From contig RDEW01000038.1 of assembly GCA_011109175.1 (NCBI GenBank), forward strand, positions 131,616 to 195,615: 64,000 nucleotides of DNA, written 5' to 3'. Below are positions 23,285 to 36,139 of this stretch, piece after piece. Source of the DNA: Dicyema japonicum (taxonomy: Eukaryota > Animalia > Dicyemida). The notes beneath the pieces were generated by a model that worked only from the letters and a program-made list of their open reading frames with translations, made no database searches and was not told the origin of the DNA. A program made the position numbers and the translations under genes. How positions within the stretch are numbered: the stretch's first letter is position 1; each line of letters begins with the position of its first letter.

Positions 23285-25432
23285 TTAACAGTCATTGGTT
23301 GTAGCAACCTCAACTACAACATTCTCAACAAAAATACCCTGATCGGCCCATTCAACGATCAAAGGTTGACTCGTAAAACAATTTATTATTCCCCGAACCT
23401 TTAATAAAAATATAATATCACCTTATCTGCTTTAGAATGAGACGAAAAATGGGCGTTCACCCTATTAGAGTCTACAACATCAACTGCCTCCGCAAAGAGT
23501 CGGTCCTGATATGACACTAAGGAAAACCTTGAGGACACCAGCTAACTGGTTTGGATCAATGGGAATGCTCATCTTTACCGAGAGTGTCTTGCATCTCTTG
23601 TCAACCTCAAATCTTTCATTTGTTGTTGTATGAAGAGCTCGTAGCATTAGTTTACCAACAGTCGACTCAAATGAATTGTCAGTCAGCTCCAACTAAAGGT
23701 CACAAAAAAATCAACCTTGTTCAAAATCTGCTGCCGTTTCCTTACCAAATTAGTTCGTGATGGACATTTCTTGGACAACAACGACAACTCCACAGAAAGA
23801 AGCAACGCTTTCAGCTTCGACTACAACATCACAAATACCTTGAGTGGGGACATTTCTTCAGTAGGAGTCGAAGACGGGATCAAATCCGCCTTCTTTTTAT
23901 TGATGGCCCCTATTTCCTCGTTTAAGGTAGCAATATTGGCATCCAACGACTCCTTCATCTAAAAAATTAAAATTTGAAATGCCTGCTGTAATTCCACACG
24001 TTCGCTGTCAGAAGGAACCTTACCATTTTGTTCGAACTCATTTAAATACTGGTATTAAGCTTAAAAAAAACTTTTAAATTTTTCTCAGCCTGACTAAGCA
24101 GATCAGACTTTAGTAGGAACAGTTCGTTCAGTTTTTTCAGTTTATCGTCCTTACAGGCCTTTCTCTCCTGATTCTCGTTCTTCTCAGACTAATCCTAATA
24201 AACAACAAATACAAGTTTAGCAATCACAAAATCAGTCTTCCGTCTTGCGACGTTATTGAGGGACAGCTTAGATCGTGGAGGAAAGGAAGTAGAAGTAAAA
24301 GAACGTTTTCTCTTTATTCCCTAAGAGTAACTAAATAAAATACCATTGTAGATTCTCTGAGAAGTGTAACACTGACAGATTCGTCACCAAATACGGAATT
24401 CGACGATTTTATAGCGTTCTGGACGTCTTCAGCGGTCGAAAAAGAAATTACGGCAGAATCAGGCTTGCCGTTGTAATTAACCTGGATTCTGCAAACAGGC
24501 TTACTTGAATGTTCTCAATGTTCCCAAAAATGCCGAAATGTTCGTTCAAAGCTGATCGTATTGTTATGACGGGGCAAATTGGTGATCAACAACGAGTTTG
24601 GAGGAGCTAAGGTCATAAAAACAAGAATTACATTTCTGAAAATTCCTCTGAGCGTTTATTGGCCTTTTGGAGTTGAATTGCCTGTATTGGGGACGGTTTT
24701 GATGGGAATTATCTAACGGATAGGGAAAATTCCTTACTTTCAAACACCTTCTTCATAGCATTAGCAACCAACGGATCTATCCCGAGTGTCTAGTGACTGG
24801 CCGGGGTCCCTTTCGGTTGAAATAGTTTCCCTGTCGTGTACCGTCACCAGAATCTATGGGCATTTGCTTACTGTCTCCCTTATTCTCTACAGAGTCGTAC
24901 TTATTGTTAGTTCTTCTCTCTAGGGAAGAATAAACGTAAAGTCTACCACCAACTGAACTGCCAGAACCAGTAGAAGATGACCTATCCCTTCTTGGGGGTA
25001 CAAACGACCTTCTTCCCTTCCTGAAAAATTAGATAAAAGCCTACGATCTGACAGGGCTCTTTCTGGGAGACTAAATGAATAATTAAAGATATATAACGTG
25101 TTCGATTGCTTCGATGGATGATTGTACCCTATGATGAGTGTCTTCATAATTAAAATCAATGTTTTTATAGATCTCTAGGAGGTCATTGACAAAAATCTCA
25201 GTATCTGCAATATTGAAGTTCAGTTACCCTTTCCAAGAAACTCCCTTAGATGGGAGACACAACTCTGCTTTATATTAACGTCATTTTTAGCCTTTTCAAG
25301 AATTGCAACTGCATATATGGCTATGCTAATTACATCTCCCTTGCATCTGCGATTTTAACAGTGACTTTAATACTCAATCTCTTCCAGTCTTTGGATAATC
25401 CAAAGCTTGAAATCATCAGCATCCTTAAGCAT
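23285..25432 (-). CDS. RBM26: RBM26/RBM27 (Swm) RNA-binding protein: PWI + RRM + coiled coil + second RRM, many micro-introns
   Basis: PWI-like MLKDADDFKLWIIQRLEEI.C..D...IA.Y..A.L.K...C..HL.EFL.KDTEIFVNDL; RRM ALNEHFG.FGNIENIQVNYNGKPDSAVISF...A; C-terminal VDKR.K..PLIVEW. One apparent frameshift near 24560. Confidence 0.85.
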
Positions 25433-26869
25433 TGACAACCAAACGACGAATCAAATGAGTAATGCGTTTGAATTAAATTTTATTTTAATATTATTTTTTA
25501 ATTATTAATTTTATACTATATTAATTTTTTTACTACTAATTTATTAAATTACAAAAAAATTAATTCATATTCCTGATGCGTTTTACAGCAAACTTCGATT
25601 ACTATGAGGTATTGGACAAATGAACTCATTGACATGTGCTAGTTTAGTCTTGAAATATAATTGCGAATATTTCTAAAATGGTAACTTTACATCATTTGAT
25701 GACTCAGTGATGAGCAAAAATTAGCATTTTCTTTTCTTAGGCATTTGCGTAGATTTTTTTATACCGAATTATAGTTATTTTCAGCAGAACTAACACTGTT
25801 ATAAATATTAACACATAATTGTTATTCAATTGTTTGCACTTTTTTATTGATTTACTTTAATGATCTGATCAGATATATCAATTTTTGCGTTTAGAATTGA
25901 GGCTTTAATTTATGGCACTTTATTTTCTTACTATTTTAATGGATGGTTCTTAAAATGATTGTTTTCACATGTCAATTGCTTTCTATTAAATTGCCTTATT
26001 TATACAAATAAAAGCACTTGACCTATTATTACTTTGTTTTATTAGATTTAAAAGTTCGATTTTTTCATTCCCACCGTATTTGAGGTGGATTCACGTTCGT
26101 TAGCTAATTTTATTAAAACGCTTTGTATACGGACGTTCCGTGTTCGAATATTGTTTGATAAAAAAATTAGAGGAACAGATGACAGTCCATAGTATTATTT
26201 TGCAAAACGCAACTAAAAGAAAGTTATCTCCTCGTCGCTTCTACAACAACGTGAACAATTTTCCATATTAGATTTCTTCACGCTCTCTTTGAGAAGGCGA
26301 TTTCTTCCTTAAAGTCCCAAAATCTTTGTGAATTGCAGGAGAGAGTGGGGAGGACGACCGCGATATCCACAACTTCTCTGGAAGTAAACTTCCATATTAT
26401 TGTTTTCCGGAACTGCTTGGTCCATTTTTAGGATCCATAGTTAGTATATTTTTTAATAACCCCCGATATATTTGAAATAGGTTTTGTATAGTTCTCAAGG
26501 AGTTGGAAGCATCTTTTTCAAACATCAGGTCCATCAGTATTTCCCATTGTGGGAACGACTCTAGGGAAAAGAGGGATTCTCTTTGGACGCGGCTAGGCAC
26601 TGGGCGTTTCTTGATTTAAGCGAATCCAATGGTGCCTAGTATATTTTATTAGTTTTAATTATCTCAGCCTTACTAACCAGAAGGAAGCCAGCGGCCTTCA
26701 ATGAAGACGTGGAAAGAATCCGGATACATCTAAATGCCTTACAACAGAATATTAAGTAAATCTCCGTAACGTGACGAAATCATGCTGCTTTTGACTACTC
26801 ACAACGTAGGTATCATTTTTCAACACAAAACTGAGCCTACTCCTTCAAAACTGATCCCAAAACTTAAAG

Positions 26870-27700
26870 GAACCGAACAATTGGTTCAAACGGATGAGGT
26901 GTGATAACAATGACGTGGGACACTATTTTCTTCACTAACACGATTGATACTACATTTGTGACATCCCTGAATGAGACCCATTTTTAGCTTTTAATATATG
27001 ACAATTGGGATGGAAGAAAGTCACATTGAAGTTAAACAAGGTCGACAACTTGACAATCAACTACTCATCCCCCGTCGAAATCAATCATTATAATTTTTAT
27101 TTTCGATCACAGTTTAATGTTCAATTTTAAGTAAAAAATATGGAAAGTTCTTCAAGTGACAAGAACTAAAAATACTTGTGATTATTTATGAACAATCCCT
27201 TTACTTCTCGTCTTACGTGGACCATGTTTTTCTGAAGGCCAGAAAAAACTTGAAGCTCTCCATTCTGTTTCTGGAGTCAAATTTGGACGTGAAACACACT
27301 AAAACTTATATTCAAACAATTCATAAGAACCACTCTCAACTAAACTAGTCCCAACTGGTCTAGCTGTGTATCCTAATCAAATTCGAAACAGGAACTCACA
27401 TACATATTGTTTCTTCTGTCACGGAATAGATGTTAAAGAAAATTCTTCCTCAATCTCAAAAGTTCACCATGACGAAAATAATCCATGATTTACATCAACT
27501 AGGACCGTTCAGTGTACAAAAGGAAACATGCTGCTGGACGCCCCTCCGTCACCAATAGACGACTTGGAAGCAACCTTTGATAGAGATCCTCAAAGAATCT
27601 TGTCGCAAATCTGCTCGGGATATTTCCGCCTCTGTGATGGATATTAGTTTTGCCTTCTTTACCTGGCGTGCTTGGTGATATTATCAATCAAAGCCTTTCC
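26870..27700. mobile_element. Decayed LINE RT/3' remnants on both strands
   Basis: KILVIIYEQSL.F..YVDHV..KARK post-RT remnant (+); RFFEDLY remnant (-). Confidence 0.45.
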
Positions 27701-27719
27701 GGAATACTAATAACTCTAA

Positions 27720-28060
27720 AAGACTTTTGGGAGAGTGCAACACTCACAGTTGAACTCTTGATGGTAACCGGCTTCCTACATGTCAGTGAGGTCGCGATAA
27801 CTAACTAATTAACGTATAATTGAGGTATATCAAGTTCCCATGGTCAGAGTGAAACGCATCCTTTTTAAGCATCACGTCCTCCATATCAGCCATTTTTTTA
27901 GCAGGGAAGAGATATATTTTTTAAATGCTAGCCAGGCATTAGGCGTCTCCCAAGACTAGTGTCAAAAGTGACTGACACCTCTCTAAATTTTATGAAGGCA
28001 AGATACGAACGGTATCCTTCGACCAGGTATCGGTGTAGGAATCGAATCCACGGCAAATGC
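27720..28060 (-). mobile_element. CRE-clade fragment
   Basis: W..SIP....L.KDTVRI and C.LGDA..GWL remnants. Confidence 0.45.
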
Positions 28061-28149
28061 TACTAAAATTAATTTAATAAAAAAATTTCCAGAGGAATTA
28101 TAGACATGAAAGATAAGTAAGTTACAAACAAACGTATTAATAACAATCT

Positions 28150-29600
28150 AGGAAGTAATCAAATCTAATAAATTCTTATTCTTCTCATGGCCTTTTGCTA
28201 AACTCTGTGGAAAACGTCTAGAGGCTATAACACAGTCTAAAAATATTATAACCTAGTGATCTACTCTTATGTATACTTCCCCCATTCTCCTTCTTTCTGC
28301 ACATTAAACAGTTTTCCTTCCTTTGACTAACAATGTTTCTACTAGGCGTCATCAAATGAATAAATTTAGACCATCATGATAGTTGTAATTGTCCCATGGT
28401 TGACAGTTCATTGCGGTCATGTTAGAAGGCAACACTTGTGAGTAATACATTTCATTGGGACTAATATATGGCCCGGTTATAATATTATGCCAATTGTTCT
28501 GAATATTAGGAGGATCATTATTGGTTCGTGACGAATCGTACCGACTCCCCTGATTAGTACATGGATCGAATTTGTACTCGTGATTCATAAGGATATTGTT
28601 CGTTGAAAAAATTTTTTGGCTGTTTGTTGGAGGAAAAACTTGTCCGTTTGTTTGGAAGTACATTTGAGGAAGTAATTGATGGTTTATTGTGGGAATTAAT
28701 TGGGGTTAGGTAGTATACTCTGGAATGACTGTCCGTTAGTTTCCATCTGATTGTTAGCTGGGGGTGATATTTGACTGCCTTGTGGGAGGATTGTTTGACA
28801 ATTTCGAAAGATTTTACTGTTACCCATTAAGATTTGATGATTTGTCATGGAAATTTGACTTTTTGGGGAAGAATTTAGTTGGGAGTTTGTTTGTGGAAAT
28901 GTTTGACTATTCGTAATCAGTTGATGATGTGAGACAGGTGTTTGGATTGGGGAACATGCCTGATCATTTTTTTGGTAAATTTTCTGTCCACTAATCGAGG
29001 TAAACTGACTTTCTGTTATATGGCAGTTTATAGGAGATAATGTTTTATCATTTATTTTGTAACAATTTTTCAGACTGTTTTCTTTTGGGAGTGTATGATT
29101 TTTTTCACTTTTTAGAAAATCAGTTAGTTTTTCTTCGAAAAAAGAAGTCTTTTCACTTAGAATGGTCACACTTTGGTTTACTTTTGAAAATAATTCACTT
29201 AAATGGTCAAATCGTTGATCAATTTGATCATTTTTACTATAATATTATTCTATTGTTTATATACTTTGAATTTTTTACGTTTTTATTCAACTTTTTAATT
29301 ACATTGTCAAAGTTTTGAATTTTGCAATCTAATTCGCTCACTTGACTGCTGTTTTGTTCAATTTGTGATTTATTTTCCATTAATAGTGTTTCAAATTTAT
29401 CAAATCGATTTAAAAAATTGAGATTTGATTGTACTTGTTCGTCGTTGAGTCTTCTCACGTCTATGTGATTAAAAATTTACATTTAAACTTTCTAGTAAAT
29501 TGTTAAGTGACTCCAACTTATTTTCCATCAAATATTGAAGTTCACAGATTTTTAAACTGATATTTGTCTGATTAATTTGGTTTTGTGACTGAGACTCAAA
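28150..29600 (-). CDS. Hypothetical protein: coiled coil, then Q/N/S/P-rich repeats, then Cys-containing C-terminus
   Basis: Consecutive same-strand ORFs 29237-29458, 28696-29169, 28352-28663; heptad-like segment; repeated TNxQ motifs; CLMC near 28290; exon structure not resolved. Confidence 0.55.
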
Positions 29601-29829
29601 CATTTGGGAACTCGATTGAGTCATCTGGCTGTAGTCATTACAGTTTCTTAAGGATTTCCTTCTATGAAAATTATTCGTTGTTAATTATACAATGGATTAT
29701 TTATAAATAAATCTTGAACATTGTATTGAAGAGAATTTGATGTTTGCATTCAACTATAACAAACTACAATGTGAATAATTTTCCCGCTTTATACATTAGA
29801 AGTTAATTTAAAATTGGTTAACCATCATA

Positions 29830-30290
29830 ATAAATTTTACGTTTATGTTATAAATTTTTGAAGCCACCTATTTAGAATAAAGTACAGAACTTTTGTCAAA
29901 ATTATTTTATGTAAAACTTTAAATCTTCGATCTATTCTCATTATGACAATTTAAATCATCTATAAACCAAAACCACTTTTCCAATGAGCCTTCTAATATT
30001 GGATTCCATCTGGTTTGAGGATAGGAATTTATCAAGGAAGGTTATTGTTCAGTTTAGTAAGAAAGAATTTTGTAGCAGTCATGATTATATTTACTACTTA
30101 CACGCAACGTTACAACATTATATTGGGGGATTTGTTCCAAATTTATAATCATTAGTGGTCAGGCTCGATTTTCAAGTTAATTTTAAGTAACGAATATTTT
30201 GTATGAGATTGTTCCATATATCATTCGTCTGATTCAAAACGTACGTTTGTGGCTATGATAATGCTCTAATAAACTTGATGTCTTCATCTC
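29830..30290 (-). pseudogene. Possible divergent fragment of the unknown gene family
   Basis: YPQTRWNPILEGSLEKW resembles PSTKLYEPVLDTSLWKK of copy D. Confidence 0.3.
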
Positions 30291-30309
30291 CCCATGATGG
30301 AAGAGAATT

Positions 30310-31145
30310 TTTTACTTTATTAATGGACTTGAAAGACAAAGGATACAGAAACCTTCGGATACATCCACGCTTTGGTTTGAATCTCGGCTGCTTAAATATG
30401 AGTAAGTTGGAAAAGACCAGTCTGTCTTGAGGAGGAAAAAGGGATTATTAGTTACTAATTTCAAAGCGTTTTTAATATGTACAGCTTTTGAGAGATAATC
30501 CGCCAAGTTCTTTCAATTTGGACCATTTGTATCTATGAACTTGGTGCATCCAACACTTCTCTCGTTAATTTCGGGTTTTCGATGTCCCCCGAGTCCAGTA
30601 CCTAGTCCATGGTTAAGAGAAAAAAGAATACTAGAGATTCCATTTACCACGATGCGTACAATTTAGTTATATCCAGTAATTCGATAGAGTTTTTGAAGCG
30701 GGTTAAAACTCCATTAAGGATTAAAATAGGTGCAGAGTTTGTTAGTCTTCTATTCGTCCCCATAAGCCAACTTCTCTAAGTAAATCTTGTAAGCGGGCAC
30801 CTGGAGTGTGGCACACTGGTCTTTTGTTGCGACGATTATATCTTCATTATAAGCGAGCACCAGTGTGGTATGGAAAGGCATATCGCTCAGAAAAAGGTTG
30901 AACAAAATGGATGACAGAGGAGATCCCAGTGGAACCCCGTTTGGCAGAAATTTAGTGACGGATTTCGTGGAACGTACAACTACCCTTCCTCTTCCTCCGT
31001 TAAGGAAGTTTTCAATCCAAATTTTTAATTTGTTTGGAATGTTTGAGATAAAGATCTTCCTTGTAAGTAATTTCCTTGGGACCGAGTCGAAAGCTTCTGT
31101 ATGTCGATGGAGCATATTAGGGTCTTTTGATTCTGAATCAATCAA
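30310..31145 (-). mobile_element. LINE RT remnant
   Basis: AFDSVPR, GVPLGSPLSSILFNLFLSD. Confidence 0.8.
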
Positions 31146-31149
31146 ATTA

Positions 31150-31700
31150 ACACCGACGAATCTGTCTAGTCATAAGAAGATGCAATGGAGTGGCGCTTGG
31201 ATCAATGCCTTCCAGATCAGAAGCGTCGGAACCCACCATGACGACGATACTGTCCGCATAGGTGTCTCCATCAGACTTGAACTGAAGATTTGCCAGACTC
31301 ACAAGTGCCGGTGGGGTGGTACCGTCAACTGTAATGGAAATTATGTACATTCCGTTTTTTTTTAATTATGCAAGAGGAGAGCCATTCGTATGGGATGCGA
31401 CATCCATTGACCCCATTTGTCCACCCAACATGTCGGGAGCGCGGTAGACACGATGTATACCGCGGAAAAATCTATGAAGGCCAAGGAGGAAAAATACGAG
31501 GTGCTGCTTGATCGGTTCACGTTCCACCTCATAGTAATTGAAACAACTGGAAGAATAAGCGGGAAATCGATTCTTTTCGTTAAGAGGCTGAGACGTCTGA
31601 CTACACCGAGACTCAGTGGCTTCTCCAGTTGATCTCCATTGCAATAGTGAAAGGCAACGTAACGTCGATTATGCCGATGGTGAACATTTTTGATTAATTT
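31150..31700 (+). mobile_element. CRE-clade 3' fragment
   Basis: SGAWINA, DDTVRIGVSIRL..C.THKCR, KEEKYE..VIETTG, ISIAIVKGN. Confidence 0.8.
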
Positions 31701-32115
31701 TGTTTTTTTTATTCATAGATTAAAGAACAATTTCAAAAACTGAACAACTCGATCTCAAATAATATTATATTTTCAAACTTCATATTTTGTTTAAAGATAA
31801 TCAGTTCTCTTAATTATTTGTGAGAAGTAACTATAACAAATTGAATTTTTGAGATCGATTTGATATTCAACATTATTTAAGTCAAATTAAATTAAATATT
31901 GATAAGTAATCTAAAAGTCTTAAGTTCCAATGATAACATTAGTCATATTGAGTGATTAATAATAATAATACCACCACTAACTTCCAGGTATTGAGGTGAA
32001 AATCCAACAATTTCCTTCTTGTTTACTTTTCAGATTAACACTCCTTTAGAAGAATGTTTGCTACGTCACCAACTCAGAAAGAGTTAAATTACTCATTGAC
32101 TATGAATTGAACGGG

Positions 32116-32135
32116 AAAAAGGTTGAGAACCACTG
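32116..32135 (+). mobile_element. Isolated hAT terminal inverted repeat
   Basis: AAAAAGGTTGAGAACCACTG followed by ATCTACTG. Confidence 0.6.
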
Positions 32136-32241
32136 ATCTACTGGAATTGCTTTAAATTCCTTCAATTTCATAAGGATTTCGCGATTTAAATATTTCGAAT
32201 TTTTAAAATATTTTTTTATTAATTTTCTTTACGATAACACC

Positions 32242-33459
32242 CAGAGAGAACCATGTCCATGTGTTGGCAGCCAATAAGGAGAGACTATATTTACCCCGTG
32301 ATAAATTCGGCCGTGGACTGTGTGGAGTAGTCCAACTAAGTGAGCGTATCCTAATGCGAATGCACGACACCCTGATAGCTGGGTCAAGTGTGTCTGCTAG
32401 GAAGCACGCCATAATAACGACCGAGAAAACACGGGCAACCCACCTAGGCACTATCAGACCTTTTTTGTCTGCTAAGTATGGTGTTGATGATGGTGGGCTA
32501 GTAAATGTGAAGGCGTTGATCGAATTACAATATAATAATTTGATGGAAAAGATCAACTTAAAAAGCCTTCATAAGGTCCTCTTCAGAGCATTGGACAACC
32601 CACATGTCGACCTTAAGTCGTCGACAATATGGCTAAAATACGGTGACAACTCACCTCGATCGGAGGCGCTGTACACGTATATGCAAGACCGCAATATTTT
32701 TGGGGTCGATCAACAAATACATGTCCCCATTGTAAGTCAAGGAGCATGTCGGTTGATCATTTAGCCACTCGGTGCGGATCCATGCTCTGCCACGACTATG
32801 TGTGGAGGCATAACGAGGTAGTAAGGAGTCTTCATCTTCTACTATGCAATAAGTATGGTATTCGCCACACCAGAAAGTTGCGGACTCATAAGGTGCAATC
32901 TGTAGTAGAGAACACCAGGGTCCAAATTAAGGTAGACAGTGTTATCCGTACCTCGGTGCTAGTCAAGCACAATAAACCGGACATTGTGGTACACGATAAG
33001 GAGTCTGGCCAAGTCCTTATCATAGAGGTTGGCATCACGTCTCAAGACCGTTTGCAGACTGTGGAGGTGGAGAAAAAAAGGAAGTATGACTTGCTTGCAA
33101 ACGAGATGGGGCAGATGCTTGTTGCAAGGTCCTCGTTATTCCTATAGTAATGACGTGGGAAGGAATTGCAACAAAGTACCACAAGGGTTATCTGAAGCAG
33201 TTGGGGGTAGATAGGAAGCTCCAGGCCTATCTACAGTCCACTGTGTTAAAGCGGACCCTAGAGAGCCTGACACTGGAGTATAGGAGGCAGAGCCCTGAGA
33301 TGCCATATGGGCAGAGGGTTCAATTAGACAAGGCGCTCTCGGAGTTGTTTCAGCAACCAGAATCGAACCTGCCTGAGGAGGCTGGCGAACAGGCAGGCGA
33401 GGAAGGTTGTTGATTAAATATATTAACTTTTTTATTGTTTGTTAAATAAAGTGGGGTGT
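32242..33459 (+). mobile_element. R4/Dong-clade non-LTR retrotransposon, 5'-truncated, lightly decayed
   Basis: ERLYLPR..GRGL, CPHC..SVDHL..C, RHNEVV..H, KPDIVVHDK...IIEVG...EVEKKRKYD; flanked by 14-bp repeat TTTACGATAACACC (32228-32241, 33460-33473). Confidence 0.88.
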
Positions 33460-33474
33460 TTTACGATAACACCT

Positions 33475-35830
33475 AATGGGGGCATTCGGTCTCTTGAATT
33501 AATACACAGAAAAAAGCGTCTACACAAAAAAATTTTGGAGTGACAGAGAAGTGGTCTACGGACAAAAAGAACATGATACCGACACCCTTGTAGATCCTAA
33601 TCAAAATACCTTAATACTGAAGCACCCTGATGCACCAACTGACTATTAAAAGTTTTTGAATCCTGAAGGAACCCCGAAGATTATCATTACCGAATCCGAA
33701 GTGCGCCACGGAATAACTTCCTTCACCGCTAGCAGCGGTGGAGGCTTGGAAAGGTTACGTCCTGGCCATATTAAAGACCTTACGTCCACTTACACTCTGG
33801 AAGCTGGACGCTGTCTTGTCAATCAATTACGGACCTAATCAGAAAAATGGTTAACGGCGACATCCCAGAATATGCCAGAGAATTGCTCTTCTCCGCAAGG
33901 CTACTTGCTTTCAAAAACCCAATGGAGGAATCCGCCCCATTGCGGTCGGGAACTATTTTAGAAGACTTGCAGCAAAGTAGAATCGACCCTGGTGAGCCGA
34001 CAACTTGGAGAGGAGTTCTTTCCTAAACAAATGGGTGTTAGTATCCAGAACGGATGTGAGGCTGCGGTTCATGCAGCAAGGCGTTTTTCACACAGAAAAA
34101 TATTTAAATGAATGCATTGGAATCAAGTTGGACATAACGAATGCATTCAATTCTCTCAGAAGAGAAAATTATGAAACGTGTTGGAAAGGGCTCCAAAGCT
34201 TTTCCCTCTTGTCAATTATCCTATGGGGAAGAAACGTCTGGTTTTTGAAAATGAAATAATTAAATCAAAAACGGGGTCCAACAAGGAGATCCGCTCGGAC
34301 CTCTCTTATTTGCCTGACCATTGATGATGTTGTGAATCAATTGATGCTCAGCTAAATCTCTGGTACCTCGATGATGCCACAATTGGAGGATCATTCAAGA
34401 AAACATACAATTCCCCTTTAAAACACTTGGGCTTGGACATCAATGTTAACAAATCAGAGCTAATAAATGTCTCATATCCATACACCGACTTCCTCTCTAT
34501 CAAGGAGTCTTTTAACGAACTACTTCCTGGGATCCCGACTGTGCCAGTTGATAAATTATATTTCCTCGGATGCCCACTAAACGAAGAAGAACTCAAGAAC
34601 CATCTACTTTCCAAAAATGAAAAATTAACACGCCTTGCGAAAAGATTGACATGTCTCGACTCTCACACATCTTCTTCCTGATGAGAAATAACATCGGACT
34701 ACCCAAGCTTTTATATCTACTCCGATGTTCACCTGCTACAAACAATACGACAGTCTACTTTCGATAGACAATCTCTCAAACAAACTGTTGAGTCACTAAT
34801 TAACGTCCGCTTCGACGAACTTGGTTGAAAGCAATGTAAGCTTCTCTCTGGATTTGGGGATGTCGGTCTAAGATCGGCGCTGGAGGTTGCGTACCCGGCA
34901 TATTTATCGTCTCTTTCAAACTGCAGCCATTTGACACGGCAAGTCCTTCATAACACTATTGGATTCGTTGGAATGAGTCATTTGTCGAAGCTTGTCGGAA
35001 ATGGAACGGGTACGGATTCCAAATACCCGAAGACACAACAAAGCAAAGTAATTGGGATAACATTGTCTGCTCAAAAATTTTGGAAGACCTTAAAAAAAGC
35101 AAATCAGCATCGTCTGGCTTGTTTGGTGTCAGCTTCAAGTGGAGGGAGTGGAGCATGGCTTGGTGCAATACCTTGACTAAACCTCGGGACCTTTTTGGAC
35201 GACGATTCTTTGAGGATTGGAATCGAGAAAAGGCTGAGACTAGACGTTTGCCAGGAGCACCGATGCCGATGAGGGAAAACAGTCGATGCGAAGGATTACA
35301 CCGCTGTCCTGCAGAAGAAGCGCCGGAAGGGGACCACGTCATGCTGCTCTGAACGATGTGATCGTCAGAGCTCTGAAGGCTACAGGCTTCCAGCACAGCT
35401 TGAACCAGTGGGTCTTGATCGAGGAAATGGAAGAGACCTGACGGGATGACTTTTCCCATTCACGTATGGAAGATCTTTGGTCTGGGACGCAACTTGTGTA
35501 GACACGTTCTCAAGCACAAATATTTTCAAATCGGTTCAGACACCTGGAGCAGCTGCTTCGACTGCGGAGAACCTAAAAATCATGAAATATTCTTGCCTCG
35601 GGGATCGCTACCGATTTACTTCTGTTGCGACCAAATCATCGGGAGCCGTTGGTCCAATGACGGCTGAGTTCTTGCGAGAACTCGGAATGCTTGCCAGAAA
35701 GAAAAAGGATCAACGAGAAGTTATGACTAAGACAAAAGATTGGAATGGCCATACTCTGAGGGAACTCGTTTGCAATCCACGCAGCAGGCTCCTCAACTGA
35801 CATTTGTTTAATTGTTAAAAAAATTATTCT
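33475..35830 (+). mobile_element. CRE-clade retrotransposon, RT + RLE, frameshifted
   Basis: GGIRPIAVG, GCEAAVHA, KLDITNAFNS, VQQGDPLGPLLF, WYLDD, KRPDGMT, LVWDATCVDTF. Confidence 0.92.
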
Positions 35831-36139
35831 GTTAAAAAAAAATCAAAAAAACAAAAATAAATATTCGGTTGCAACATTATACATATTTTTTTGCAAAACT
35901 TGCAACATAATACATATTTTTTACTAAATTAAATATTTACTTGCAACATTATATATTTTTAACCCTTAGTGTCCTTAATAAAACTTTTAATCTACTTAAA
36001 AGTTTTTGGATATGCAATGAACTAATATTACGTAATTTTTTTTAATCTTTTTTACCGCATAACGTATAAAATCAAATATCTTATAATATTTGAACATTAA
36101 ACTTTTATAATGGTCATTTTTGTAATTTTTACTATTTTA

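Noticed and set aside
25560-26640. Possible gene or transposon upstream of RBM26
   Set aside because: Only short, stop-interrupted frames with no motif I can support.
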